IMG/VR virus record: IMGVR_UViG_3300033068_000989
Location: 32,163-96,162 of that record
From: a virus
Taxonomy: Duplodnaviria; Caudoviricetes
Strand: one strand, 5' to 3'
DNA: 64,000 nt
The position numbers and the translations under genes were made by a program. The notes beneath the pieces were generated by a model. It made no database searches. It was given only the letters and a program-made list of their open reading frames with translations, and was not told the origin of the DNA. Shown one piece after another: positions 54,425 through 64,000 of this stretch (position 1 is its first letter; each line of letters starts with the position of its first letter).

Positions 54425-57400
54425 TATCTTATAAATGGTTTAAATGTTGTTATCATAGATTCAAAGGTCATCTTTACATTATCTTTATGATTAAAGAATA
54501 GTCGTACTCCCATGAATTGATCAGTCATTCTAGATTTATTAAACAGGGATGCATTTAGATTTATTGCATTTGAATTAATTACTTTATCAATAAAGTACTG
54601 TGGAGCTATTGAGTTCCAATCTTTTGTAAAAATTGGTACATCAACTGTAACCATATCATTTATCTTATTGATAAAGAATTCTCGTCCCTTTCTTTCGTAA
54701 TATATTTTTGTTAAATCTGTATTAAGTACAGAAGAAAAATCTGTTTGTTTTTCTAATGTTAGCAATCCAGTTGTAATATCTGACCCATAAAAAATTACTT
54801 TATTAAATGAAGTGTCGTATAGATCATTATAGGTATTAGTATTGATATCAAATTCTTGGCAATCATGTACTAAAATAATTGGTTCAAATTTTTTAGTATT
54901 AGCTGGAGTTGGGTTGGCGATTAGATCTATGATAAAATCTTTTTTAACTCCATCATAATACGTTTGATATCTTCCAATATTGTGTTTAAATATCTCATTC
55001 TGTTTAGAAGCATAAAAATCAGATTCAGTATTCCACATATAGTCTGGCATATATGAATGAAAAGATGCCCAGGCTTTGTTTGGTAACGAATAGGATATAG
55101 TAAAGGATTTGTTCTCAAACACTGAACTATCAAACATATTAACAGGTGTATTAAATATATCATTAGATACCATACCGCCATCTGTTAACTTATATTTATC
55201 TGTGTCTATGATTTTAAAATCTCTTTTATGTAGTATCAGTCTTCTATGTCTAGTATCATATACCATGTGGTACCCGATACCTAATATGTCTGTAGGTGAT
55301 TTAAATGGATACTCCTTATTATAAAACTTCTTGCATTGCTCGTCAAGTTCTAACTTCAGGTTGTTCTCAAAATAATTTCTCATTCCATTATTTGATATCT
55401 CTACTAAACCTTCAGACATTTGAAATATCTTACCAGATAAAGAATCTACAAAAAATGTTCCTGCTTCTGTTATAGTAGTTGCCCAAGGATCTGTAGATCC
55501 TCCATAAGCATAACTTAGAGAAACTAATCGTCTAGGTGGTATAGAGAATATATCTCCAGTACCTATATAAAGATTATTCTCATTAGTCTGAATTTGTTGT
55601 GCTCTTGTAGAAATAAAATATAATGCTTTTGGGGTATGTGCATATAATTCGTTCTTATCTACAAATAGATTATTTATAGATAAAGTGTCTCCAGGTAAAT
55701 CAGTATAATTAAGATTTAGAAACTTCTTATAATAATCTATGGTCTGCTCTTGAAACGATTTTTCAGAATACTTAATTCTAAAAGGAAACCTATTATCACA
55801 TTTAGAACAGTAGTCATAGGTAGGTTGGATAGGAAACCCTGGAGCTTCGTCAGATATGCCTGAGTAATCTCTATTGTACCCCCAATATTCCGGAGTTTTA
55901 AAGTAGTGATCCTGATCACTATTATCAGGATGAGCCGGATCTACTTGTTTAATAAAGTTATATAGATGATCTAAATTTGCTTTACGTAAATTCTTTTTAA
56001 AATACTTTTGATCATTTCTAGAAGCTTCATGTCTCAGATCTACATTTATTTCAGATTCATAGAACGCGTTAAAGTAATCTCCACTAACATTAAATACATC
56101 GTCTGGATTAAACGGTTTAGATTGTTGTTTGTAGGTAACCGCCATTTTGCCTATAAATCCATCACCAGAAAAATTAGGTGGATAAGACAATAACGGTTTA
56201 TTGGCTACATTTATTTTAGAAGCAAAGTACTTATATCTAGAATTAGTTGGCCTATAATTAATTGCATATATATTGCTAAACGAATCAACTTGTTTTTTCA
56301 TATTGACATATGAAATAGATATTGTTGTTGCAGTACCAGACACTATTTGATTAGAAAACTCATTAGACTCTAAGAACAATAAACTAGATATAGTAGGATT
56401 TCGTAATCTAGATATAAATAAATTATTATTAAAATATTTATTTACAATAGTATTTCCACCTAATATTCCTACTACAAAACTACCAGATTGTGTTCTATAT
56501 CTAAGATCAACATTCTCAAATGGGTCTGCAGTAGAGTCTCCGCCATACAAAGGTGTAAACGTAGATAGATAAGATGACTCTTCTATTATCCTATGTTTAA
56601 ATCCTATAAATTTAGATAATGGATTAGTAATTGGGTCAGCTATATCTGGTATAATTGGAGTATTACTACTTAAATCTAAAAAGAATATTTCATTACCAGA
56701 TGAGAAATTACCAAATATTTTCGCACCATTAACAGCATCTATGCCTATCCCAGAATAAGGAAAACTTAATTGAAGCTGATTAGTATAGTGTGAACCATTT
56801 AGGTACTCCTTGTTGAATAAAGCTTTAGGTGATACAAACATTGCATACTTATCTCTAAGTCTTCCTTCAACTTCTACTTGGCAAGTAGAGAACCATGTAG
56901 ACACATTGGTAGTATTTGGACTCTTTGCATTTTCTGGATAACCTGTAAGTAAATACCCGCTATCTAAAACTGTTTTATCTGAATCGTTTCTAATAGAAAC
57001 CATTATCTCCCATTCAGTAAAATCATTTTTTATTTTATCTGTTAAGGCATCAAAGAATTCGTCTAACAGTGGTCTATAACCAATTGGTAATATATGTACT
57101 ATTGCATCTTTGTCTTCTCTTTCATCAAGTAGTCCAGATTCATTACTACCTATTGTATGTATAAAATCTTTAGTGTTTGAATACAATCCTGTTAACATTC
57201 TATCAGGGAATCGATGATGTCTTATCTTACCTTCTGGAAATACTCTTTCTCCAGTACAATCTACTGTGTCTGGATAGTCTTTATCTGATTCATGATATGC
57301 CATTATGCCAGAATACCCATCTTGATATTTAATAGCTGTATTATACGCTTTCCATCTCTCTATTTTATTACCAACCTTTGGTTCTACATGTTGTGCATCC

Positions 57401-58854
57401 CATACATCTATTGTAGCAGAATCGGGCAATGACTGGGTAGATGAATTAATATTAGGTGATATAGCTATGTGTCTAGGTACTACTTCTAATAATTGTTTAT
57501 CCCAAGATTGATTTGGAATACTTACATTTACTTTATTACGTACATGCTTGTTATCATTTCCTAGATTAATTAGTTGTATGTCATTGATAATAGTTCTACC
57601 AGGTATATGAAACACAGGAGTACTCCATCCTTTTTTATGATGCCCTCTAATACCAAATGCATATACTTCATCTGCTATAAAGGTTCTTGCATTAGTATAT
57701 GTAAATGGATTCTTTCCAGAACCTCCATTTTCTATACTTAGATTATCTTCCCAATTTACAGGCTTTGTTACCCATTCGATACCTATCGTATTGGCAGCTC
57801 TTTGTAGTAGTGCATAATCATACTTACCGTATGTAAAATTAGCTAAGAACAATCTGTTATCTATTTGTACATGCGCTTCTACAATGTCAACAATACCAGC
57901 ATCTATAGTAAGTTCTTCTAAAGTAGTTAGTATATCGGATGATATATCTACCCCTCTATATGTAAACTCTTCTATAGGGCTATTTATATATTCTTCCTGA
58001 AGTATGTATGCCTTAGTAGTTTTACCTAATGAGTCTATCCTAGCTAATACGCCTATCTGATAAAATGTGAACCCTTGATCTAAATTCTCTATTTTTAATG
58101 TAATACTTTTTTTAGTAATTGGCACACCTCCATCATCATCTGCTACTATTTCAATATTCTGTCCACCGTCTACTTGATAGAAATCTCCGTATAAACTTTC
58201 ATCTACTATAGGAACTCCATCAGTTAATAGCATCCATGGTGTAGGATTTAAATTTTCATCTAGATATCTAATTCTGAATCTATATGTACCTAATGGGGTA
58301 TTTCCTCCACCATCGTTTACTCTAAGTAATGACATCTGAGGATAGGAAAATTGTCTAGATAAAGACAACTCCTCGCACTCAAATTCATTATTGTTATTGT
58401 AATACTGACTTAATGAATCAATGTTAATTACTCTATATGGATTTACACCATCTGTAAAATAAATAAGTCTTTCACATCCTTTAAATATTCTAAATAAACT
58501 TTTAATTCTGTTCTTAGAAGAAAAGTTAAGACAAGTCGCATTAACTAATGTAGTATAATTACATGATACTTGGTTAAGTAAGCCTATTTCAGAATATGTA
58601 TTATCTGTAGAAAATATTAGGATGTCGTCTCCATCTAATTGTTGAGCTCCTATTATAGTGTATCCAGCTTTGACACTATTACAAAAAGCAGTACCCTTCT
58701 CATTGGTTATGGTAGGATAGTCGCCATCTGTAGATTCGAGCACACCATTCAATATAAATGGTGATGTAGATTCAGGCTGGTATTTTAATTTAGTATCTAA
58801 AGAAAGACCACTAGATACGTTACTCAAATGTACATTATTTTCTTGACTATACAT
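54424..58854 (-). CDS. Tail stabilisation / nozzle protein (P22 gp10-like position)
   Basis: 1476 aa; GLSLD...NEKG...IIG, IYFTDGVNPYRVINI, DEVYAFGI, FTISYS...WASFHSYMP pattern and gene order of crAss-like tails. Confidence 0.75.
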   Translation of the reverse strand: MYSQENNVHLSNVSSGLSLDTKLKYQPESTSPFILNGVLESTDGDYPTITNEKGTAFCNSVKAGYTIIGAQQLDGDDILIFSTDNTYSEIGLLNQVSCNYTTLVNATCLNFSSKNRIKSLFRIFKGCERLIYFTDGVNPYRVINIDSLSQYYNNNNEFECEELSLSRQFSYPQMSLLRVNDGGGNTPLGTYRFRIRYLDENLNPTPWMLLTDGVPIVDESLYGDFYQVDGGQNIEIVADDDGGVPITKKSITLKIENLDQGFTFYQIGVLARIDSLGKTTKAYILQEEYINSPIEEFTYRGVDISSDILTTLEELTIDAGIVDIVEAHVQIDNRLFLANFTYGKYDYALLQRAANTIGIEWVTKPVNWEDNLSIENGGSGKNPFTYTNARTFIADEVYAFGIRGHHKKGWSTPVFHIPGRTIINDIQLINLGNDNKHVRNKVNVSIPNQSWDKQLLEVVPRHIAISPNINSSTQSLPDSATIDVWDAQHVEPKVGNKIERWKAYNTAIKYQDGYSGIMAYHESDKDYPDTVDCTGERVFPEGKIRHHRFPDRMLTGLYSNTKDFIHTIGSNESGLLDEREDKDAIVHILPIGYRPLLDEFFDALTDKIKNDFTEWEIMVSIRNDSDKTVLDSGYLLTGYPENAKSPNTTNVSTWFSTCQVEVEGRLRDKYAMFVSPKALFNKEYLNGSHYTNQLQLSFPYSGIGIDAVNGAKIFGNFSSGNEIFFLDLSSNTPIIPDIADPITNPLSKFIGFKHRIIEESSYLSTFTPLYGGDSTADPFENVDLRYRTQSGSFVVGILGGNTIVNKYFNNNLFISRLRNPTISSLLFLESNEFSNQIVSGTATTISISYVNMKKQVDSFSNIYAINYRPTNSRYKYFASKINVANKPLLSYPPNFSGDGFIGKMAVTYKQQSKPFNPDDVFNVSGDYFNAFYESEINVDLRHEASRNDQKYFKKNLRKANLDHLYNFIKQVDPAHPDNSDQDHYFKTPEYWGYNRDYSGISDEAPGFPIQPTYDYCSKCDNRFPFRIKYSEKSFQEQTIDYYKKFLNLNYTDLPGDTLSINNLFVDKNELYAHTPKALYFISTRAQQIQTNENNLYIGTGDIFSIPPRRLVSLSYAYGGSTDPWATTITEAGTFFVDSLSGKIFQMSEGLVEISNNGMRNYFENNLKLELDEQCKKFYNKEYPFKSPTDILGIGYHMVYDTRHRRLILHKRDFKIIDTDKYKLTDGGMVSNDIFNTPVNMFDSSVFENKSFTISYSLPNKAWASFHSYMPDYMWNTESDFYASKQNEIFKHNIGRYQTYYDGVKKDFIIDLIANPTPANTKKFEPIILVHDCQEFDINTNTYNDLYDTSFNKVIFYGSDITTGLLTLEKQTDFSSVLNTDLTKIYYERKGREFFINKINDMVTVDVPIFTKDWNSIAPQYFIDKVINSNAINLNASLFNKSRMTDQFMGVRLFFNHKDNVKMTFESMITTFKPFIR

Positions 58855-59686
58855 TCTTTATAATTTCTGATTTATTTAATCCCATAAAAAATTGATCATA
58901 TTGTCTTTCTCTCGGTACTAATCTATTGTGCCATCTTCTCATATTTTCTAAGCTGTCTATAGATGGGAGATTCATAGATCCGGACGATTTAGCAGATAAT
59001 GTTTCATACATAGTTAAATGCCATTCCTTTTGCCTATCTGCATATTGATCAGTTCCCATTGCTTTTAATGATTTAGACATATAATATCTATATAAACAAT
59101 AATGCATTATAGCATCTCTAAGATCTGGATTATCTGGCATAAGTATTTCTCCGTCTTCACTTTGTGGATAAGCCATGTATGATACAAGTATTAATCCCTC
59201 TTTTAAAGAAGTAGTAACTACCATATCTTCTGATACTGTGTAATCATGCTCACAGTTTTGACAAAATGGAATACCATGTCCACAATGAATACTTAAAGCG
59301 AAAGGTGTAGAAGATAGTCTTAATGGTCTCCATCTATTTACACCAGACGTGTACATACTTGTTAATGCTGAATAAGGTATAGTAGAATTAACGAACTGAT
59401 CTGTATCTAATCCTAGTTGTTCTTTTATGTCTTCTAAAGCTTGTTCATACGAACATATCTTATACGCAATTTGATGCACATACCGCAAATCTTTTGGTAG
59501 TGGGAATTTGTGTTCTATACAATTAAGTAATGCTACTTTAGTAGTATATACTTTAGTAGATTTATTTTTTCTTAAAGCTCTGTATGCCCATTCTAGCATA
59601 TTAGCTTCATTCCATTCTTTAGTCTCTATCATTGTAGAGATATCATACAGAACGGTTTTAAGTGGTATATATGGTAATGCTTCCAT
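58847..59686 (-). CDS. Tail tubular / ring protein
   Basis: LP.DL..V.Q and Y.AYP..EDG...MPD...AI..Y motifs; directly upstream of the stabilisation protein. Confidence 0.7.
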   Translation of the reverse strand: MEALPYIPLKTVLYDISTMIETKEWNEANMLEWAYRALRKNKSTKVYTTKVALLNCIEHKFPLPKDLRYVHQIAYKICSYEQALEDIKEQLGLDTDQFVNSTIPYSALTSMYTSGVNRWRPLRLSSTPFALSIHCGHGIPFCQNCEHDYTVSEDMVVTTSLKEGLILVSYMAYPQSEDGEILMPDNPDLRDAIMHYCLYRYYMSKSLKAMGTDQYADRQKEWHLTMYETLSAKSSGSMNLPSIDSLENMRRWHNRLVPRERQYDQFFMGLNKSEIIKNV

Positions 59687-60180
59687 TATTTTAGATCGTA
59701 TTTATAGATAGTGTTATTGGTTTTAATTGCTTTAGCTAGATCAGCTCTTATTAGTCTATTAGGTCTAAATAGAAATAATTGTCTGTACCATTTGTTGTGG
59801 TATCTTTTACTACTTCTATTCCAGAATATTTTAGCATAATACTTTTCTGAATGTTTGTTCTTATGGACTCTTTTTTCGCCAGTCTTCTTAAAGTAATCAA
59901 AATCTATTTTAGAACCTTTTGTTTCTTTCCTAATTACTTGTAGCGTACCTAAGAAAAACGGTAGTAATACTCGGTTACCTGTATTAATTAAGTAATGCAT
60001 TAGGTACTCATTAAGTTTAGACATTAACAAGTCATACTCTTTGAAGCCTAGATCAAAGTCTATCTTAGTCATAAGGTCTTCATATACATCTTTTTGTGTT
60101 AATCTAGGATGTACTTTTTTATGAGCAACTCTATTCCATTCTATTATTTCTTCTCTAGTTTTCTTTGTCAGGTCCGGCAT
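59686..60180 (-). CDS. IHF/HU-like basic protein of the crAss-like tail module
   Basis: G.RVLLP..LGTLQV.R, KIDF, F.P.R motifs; K/R-rich; syntenic position. Confidence 0.65.
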   Translation of the reverse strand: MPDLTKKTREEIIEWNRVAHKKVHPRLTQKDVYEDLMTKIDFDLGFKEYDLLMSKLNEYLMHYLINTGNRVLLPFFLGTLQVIRKETKGSKIDFDYFKKTGEKRVHKNKHSEKYYAKIFWNRSSKRYHNKWYRQLFLFRPNRLIRADLAKAIKTNNTIYKYDLK

Positions 60181-60859
60181 CTACGTCTTTCGCATTGTTC
60201 AGGTTATCTTCAGGCATTCTATACATATTCTGTAATTCTTGTATTACCATTAATCGCATTGGTCTAGATAGTTCAGCATCTATAGGAAAATCATCATCTA
60301 TCGGATCGTAGCATGGTTCTTCTGTTAACTTACCATTATTGCATTTACAAAATGTATTAATTGTTTCGGGATCTTCCCATATAGCAGATAATAAAACGAT
60401 CTTTAAATCTGTACTATTTATTACATATATATGTTGATTCTCTATAAAATAAGCTATCTTAGGATTCTTATTAGTATCTGAATATTTTGTTAAGTCATTT
60501 TGAGTTAATGAACTTATGTCTAAAATTCTTCCAGAAGCAGTTAATACTGTAAGAGAAGATCCCCATTTAGATACAAGATCTCTGGGTATCTTGCAGGTAG
60601 ATTTTAATATTTTGCATCCTACACTTTCTGGGATACAATCACAATCATGATAAGTAGTTAGTTCTAAAGGAACACATATTGTCTGATAAGATAATTGCGA
60701 TACTTCCTTATACTTATTTATTTTTTCTTTTATTAATTGAGATCTAGCAGTCTTTAATAGAAATGCAATTAGCTTCTCGGATAATCTAGAATCATCTGAG
60801 GCTAACCCCCTTTCCAGTATATTCTTAACTGCGTAAATATGTTCTCTTAATTTTGCCAT
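60155..60859 (-). CDS. Tail ring / adaptor structural protein
   Basis: SDDS.LS...I.F, YQTICV.LE, WEDP, D.DFPID pattern; ATG at 60859 (MAKLRE) preferred to the tracked start 60868. Confidence 0.65.
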   Translation of the reverse strand: MAKLREHIYAVKNILERGLASDDSRLSEKLIAFLLKTARSQLIKEKINKYKEVSQLSYQTICVPLELTTYHDCDCIPESVGCKILKSTCKIPRDLVSKWGSSLTVLTASGRILDISSLTQNDLTKYSDTNKNPKIAYFIENQHIYVINSTDLKIVLLSAIWEDPETINTFCKCNNGKLTEEPCYDPIDDDFPIDAELSRPMRLMVIQELQNMYRMPEDNLNNAKDVDAGPDKEN

Positions 60860-60865
60860 AACATA

Positions 60866-60873
60866 CAAAGTTA
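60866..60873 (-). promoter_or_regulatory. Bacteroidota-type -7 promoter element
   Basis: TAACTTTG on the - strand, 6 nt before ATG 60859, in an AT-rich gap. Confidence 0.5.
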
Positions 60874-60923
60874 ATTAAAATAAAAATTATTATAAAATAC
60901 TATATTTATAGTAGTATTAAAAC

Positions 60924-60956
60924 AATAGGGTTAGCATATTAATATGTAACCCTATT
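60924..60956 (-). terminator. Probable terminator hairpin
   Basis: aatagggtta(g)catatt / aatatgtaaccctatt inverted repeat followed by GTTTT on the - strand. Confidence 0.55.
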
Positions 60957-60980
60957 TATGTTTAGATATATCTACAGAAT

Positions 60981-62399
60981 TTATGCGCAATTATTACAAT
61001 TAGAATTGATTGGTACACACGTACAATCTCCGTCATATGTTGCCTTAAATCCTGCATTTTGTGAGTAGATAACATGTTTACATCTAGAACAAGATCCACA
61101 AGTAGCCTTGACTGATACACATTCATCTGTATCTCCCATAGTTCCTGCTACATAAGTAATCTTTCCTGTAGTTGGTTTATTACTCCATTTAAAGTTACTT
61201 TCATTATTACATCCAGGTGTACTAGAAGATGCAGATAATTGTAGTCTTGTACATGTTCTAGAATATGGAAATCCTGGTCCAGGTGATATTAATTGCCCAG
61301 GTGGGTCAGTAGTAACTGTATATTTCCATACACTAGGTGGGTTAATCTCTATATGATCAATATCACTACTATTAAAATCTACTATATCCTTATATCCTAC
61401 AGTTATTTTATATGGGTCTATACATCCACCACTAAGTGAAACTTCTGGTAAATAGTATATAGTATTAGGGTCATAATACATTTGTGCACTTAATGCTACT
61501 TTTTGCCAATCGCCATCACCAGGTATAAACACATTATTTCTATATTTCAGTATAGCGCCTACTTTAGGACCAATCCAGATACAAGGATCTGGAGTATTAT
61601 TACAACACACACCAGATTCATCTATTACATTTTTTACCTTAAATCTAATATGTATTTGGCCTCCTGTATATGTTACATCTAATTTATAGTGTACATTTTC
61701 TATAGGTAATCCAGGGGCTGTGTGAGCAGCGAATTCAGTTTCTATAATTTTTTTTATGTTACATTTTATATACTGTGCAGCATCCACAAATGAACAACCA
61801 AAGTCTTCTGATAAAGCAATAGTAACAGTTTTTGTGTCGGTAACTTTTACACCATTTACACATTTAGTTAGTGATAATGTTATCTCTGCTAGGGTATTAC
61901 CTTCTATCCCTCCATAGAAAGGATATGACCACCCAGTCCACATTGGAACATTAAGATCAACATTAAATGGAGCATCACTCACAGTAGTACAACTAGATGT
62001 AATTCTTTCTGTACCTTGAAAATTAAGTTTTTCACTACAACATAGATTCTGAATAACTGGACTAACTATACTAAATGTATCAGTACAAGGTACTGATGAT
62101 GAAGTGACAGTTAAGTCCAACGCACTTTTCTGTATAGTAACTGTGCTATTGCATGGTAAACAGCATGTGCCAGATAAATGGTATGTAAATACATAAGTAC
62201 CATTAACTACTATCTCTACACACGATTGGTGATTACCTGCTAAAGTATCCCCAACATTTTTAGTCATAGGCGAAGCACATGCTCCACTAACTAATGGGCA
62301 TACACCTGCTTGAATTGATGTGGGACCAGAAGTATATGTCCATGTACCACCCGTAGTAGGTGACCCACCTAGATGAGAAAATAAACAAAAACTAGCCAT
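60981..62399 (-). CDS. Cys-rich surface/fibre-like structural protein
   Basis: LFSHLGGSPTTGGTW and GTYVFTY; very Cys/Thr/Gly-rich. Confidence 0.6.
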   Translation of the reverse strand: MASFCLFSHLGGSPTTGGTWTYTSGPTSIQAGVCPLVSGACASPMTKNVGDTLAGNHQSCVEIVVNGTYVFTYHLSGTCCLPCNSTVTIQKSALDLTVTSSSVPCTDTFSIVSPVIQNLCCSEKLNFQGTERITSSCTTVSDAPFNVDLNVPMWTGWSYPFYGGIEGNTLAEITLSLTKCVNGVKVTDTKTVTIALSEDFGCSFVDAAQYIKCNIKKIIETEFAAHTAPGLPIENVHYKLDVTYTGGQIHIRFKVKNVIDESGVCCNNTPDPCIWIGPKVGAILKYRNNVFIPGDGDWQKVALSAQMYYDPNTIYYLPEVSLSGGCIDPYKITVGYKDIVDFNSSDIDHIEINPPSVWKYTVTTDPPGQLISPGPGFPYSRTCTRLQLSASSSTPGCNNESNFKWSNKPTTGKITYVAGTMGDTDECVSVKATCGSCSRCKHVIYSQNAGFKATYDGDCTCVPINSNCNNCA

Positions 62400-62402
62400 A
62401 TA

Positions 62403-63068
62403 TTATACACAAGTTGTGATTATTCCAGAAGTACCTGCAGAACCTCCACCATTTATATGAATAAGTAATGTGTGTTCTACTACACACTCAGCACAAGTTC
62501 CACTAGGACCATCTAAATCAACCATGTATTTATATGTATAATCTGCACCAGGAACAACATCTGGATCATTGGTATTAAACATTCCAGTAGCTCCTGGATT
62601 ACCAGTACCACTAACTTTTACCCAAGAACCACCAGCTGGAGCATTTTTACCACATGGACTTAAATCAGCTTTCATGTTGTAAGATCCCGTACCATCACAG
62701 TAATATACTGGACCAGCACTATCACTAGCTGGAGCATTAGTCAGTGTCCATGTTATAGTAGATGTTGGTGGGTTGGCACACCCTTCTTCTGGTGGTGTGT
62801 ATGTAAATGTATATACCCATGCTGTATAACATGTGGATGGTGCGTCATCGCCTTGTGGATCCCACCATATGTGCTCCTCCCCTGTTGTAAATGGGTAAGG
62901 TAAAGAAGGAAATGATTTTGCAGAATAGGCTCCTGGAGGGTCTCCTTCTGCTATCTGTAAACTACCTGATGAAGGAGCGCCAGTACCTGTTATAGAAGTA
63001 AGTGACCAAGTTCCACCTCCAGTAGGCGATCCACCAAGTAATGTAAATAAGTCTTTTGCACAAGCCAT
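62403..63068 (-). CDS. Surface/fibre-like structural protein, N-terminus paralogous to the downstream gene
   Basis: DLFTLLGGSPTGGGTW, YTFTYT, and a second unit PAGGSW...YTYKY. Confidence 0.6.
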   Translation of the reverse strand: MACAKDLFTLLGGSPTGGGTWSLTSITGTGAPSSGSLQIAEGDPPGAYSAKSFPSLPYPFTTGEEHIWWDPQGDDAPSTCYTAWVYTFTYTPPEEGCANPPTSTITWTLTNAPASDSAGPVYYCDGTGSYNMKADLSPCGKNAPAGGSWVKVSGTGNPGATGMFNTNDPDVVPGADYTYKYMVDLDGPSGTCAECVVEHTLLIHINGGGSAGTSGIITTCV

Positions 63069-63090
63069 TGTTTAAAGTTTTAATTTATGT

Positions 63091-64000
63091 TTAAAATAAT
63101 ATAAAAGATACTGGGGTACATTTATTAGTTACCCCTACATTAAATCCATCCACACCTGCGTATGTGAATTTAAAATATTCCAATTCTGGATCTGTTACCA
63201 GTAGGTATGTAGAGTTGTAGTATGTTGCATTATGTCCGTAGATATTATACTTATTAACTTTATTATCCCAAGATAAATGCGATCCCCCCGTCCATTTAGC
63301 ATTGTAAGAATTTAAAACAGTTGCTAATTCTGTAGTTTGTGTGAAATTATCAGAAGTTGTAACAACAGGACTACCTACTATTTTATACTCAGTAATAGTT
63401 TTTGGACAACACACATTGTATGCCCCAGCAGTGTCATAGTTTCCAGTTAAATCGTTAGCTTGTAACGCGTCACCAGCAGAAAAATATGACAAAGGATCTG
63501 GAATATTACCAACACAATACGGAGGTGGGGGTACCACATTTCGATAACCAGGTGTGAAACCTACTCCTGGTTCCCATACGCCTGCTCCATTAGCTTGTGG
63601 AGGAGTTACATGAACTGTGTCCTCAAATACAAATATCTTAACTTTTTTTACTATATCAGTATCAAAAGATGATTCTAATGAATCTATTATAGATCTAGCT
63701 TTAGTTTTTATTACAATATCTTTAGCATTTTGTACTGGTGTTATTGGGTGATACGGATCATCATAAGAATTTACATTATTAGTAGCCCATGCCCAATCTT
63801 TTTTATGAAATTTATATGTTTGTCCAGTAACCAGCGAAGATGCGGATAGTACAGCAGATGATAAATATTGTGAGAAATTAGTTCCAGTTAACCAATTATC
63901 GTCTGTACCTGATTTAACTCCTGTAACTAATTTAGGATTCTGTCCTATTATTAATGTAGCAGAAGCTATCTCTGATCCATTCACTATAACTTGTACATCT
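63091..64000 (-). CDS. Structural protein, 5' end outside the window
   Basis: Frame is open to the window edge (DVQVIVNGSEI...); beta-rich composition. Confidence 0.6.
   Translation of the reverse strand, partial: DVQVIVNGSEIASATLIIGQNPKLVTGVKSGTDDNWLTGTNFSQYLSSAVLSASSLVTGQTYKFHKKDWAWATNNVNSYDDPYHPITPVQNAKDIVIKTKARSIIDSLESSFDTDIVKKVKIFVFEDTVHVTPPQANGAGVWEPGVGFTPGYRNVVPPPPYCVGNIPDPLSYFSAGDALQANDLTGNYDTAGAYNVCCPKTITEYKIVGSPVVTTSDNFTQTTELATVLNSYNAKWTGGSHLSWDNKVNKYNIYGHNATYYNSTYLLVTDPELEYFKFTYAGVDGFNVGVTNKCTPVSFILF

Noticed and set aside
23343-59711. Many short + strand ORFs opposite the late genes, and short - strand ORFs opposite early genes
   Set aside because: Antisense shadows of long ORFs with no motifs and the S/L/F-rich composition typical of reverse frames.
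1-64000. Suppressor tRNA, integrase, capsid/portal/terminase genes
   Set aside because: None recognised by eye; they may lie outside the window, and a tRNA scan is needed to be sure.

Overview
AT-rich (roughly 30% GC by eye) phage DNA organised like a crAss-like (Crassvirales-type) podovirus, most likely infecting a Bacteroidota host. The + strand (1-22942) carries early and replication genes: amidoligase/ATP-grasp/GATase/GGCT peptide-modification genes, PolA, SF2 helicase, DnaB, AAA ATPase, primase, UDG and nucleases. It converges at a strong terminator (~22974-23016) with a - strand virion module: tail rings, tail stabilisation protein, cargo proteins and a 6419-aa virion RNA-polymerase polyprotein. 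Three things stand out. (1) A ~2.5-kb, less AT-rich array of integron-like cassettes (~14870-17376) replaces the middle of the UDG gene. Each complete cassette is bounded by its own complementary GTTA.../...TAAC cores, cassettes are separated by hairpin sites, cargo looks counter-defensive (Tad2-like, cyclic-phosphate REC, DNA MTase), and two ORFs start inside the hairpin sites and read in frame across the crossover point. (2) In-frame TGA codons, best read as Trp, occur in polA, primase and small early genes but in none of the late genes. (3) A G-GGA-AAC -1 frameshift site joins a membrane protein to a start-less Cys-rich domain. No integrase, tRNA or CRISPR array was seen. All product calls come from motif recognition, not database searches.
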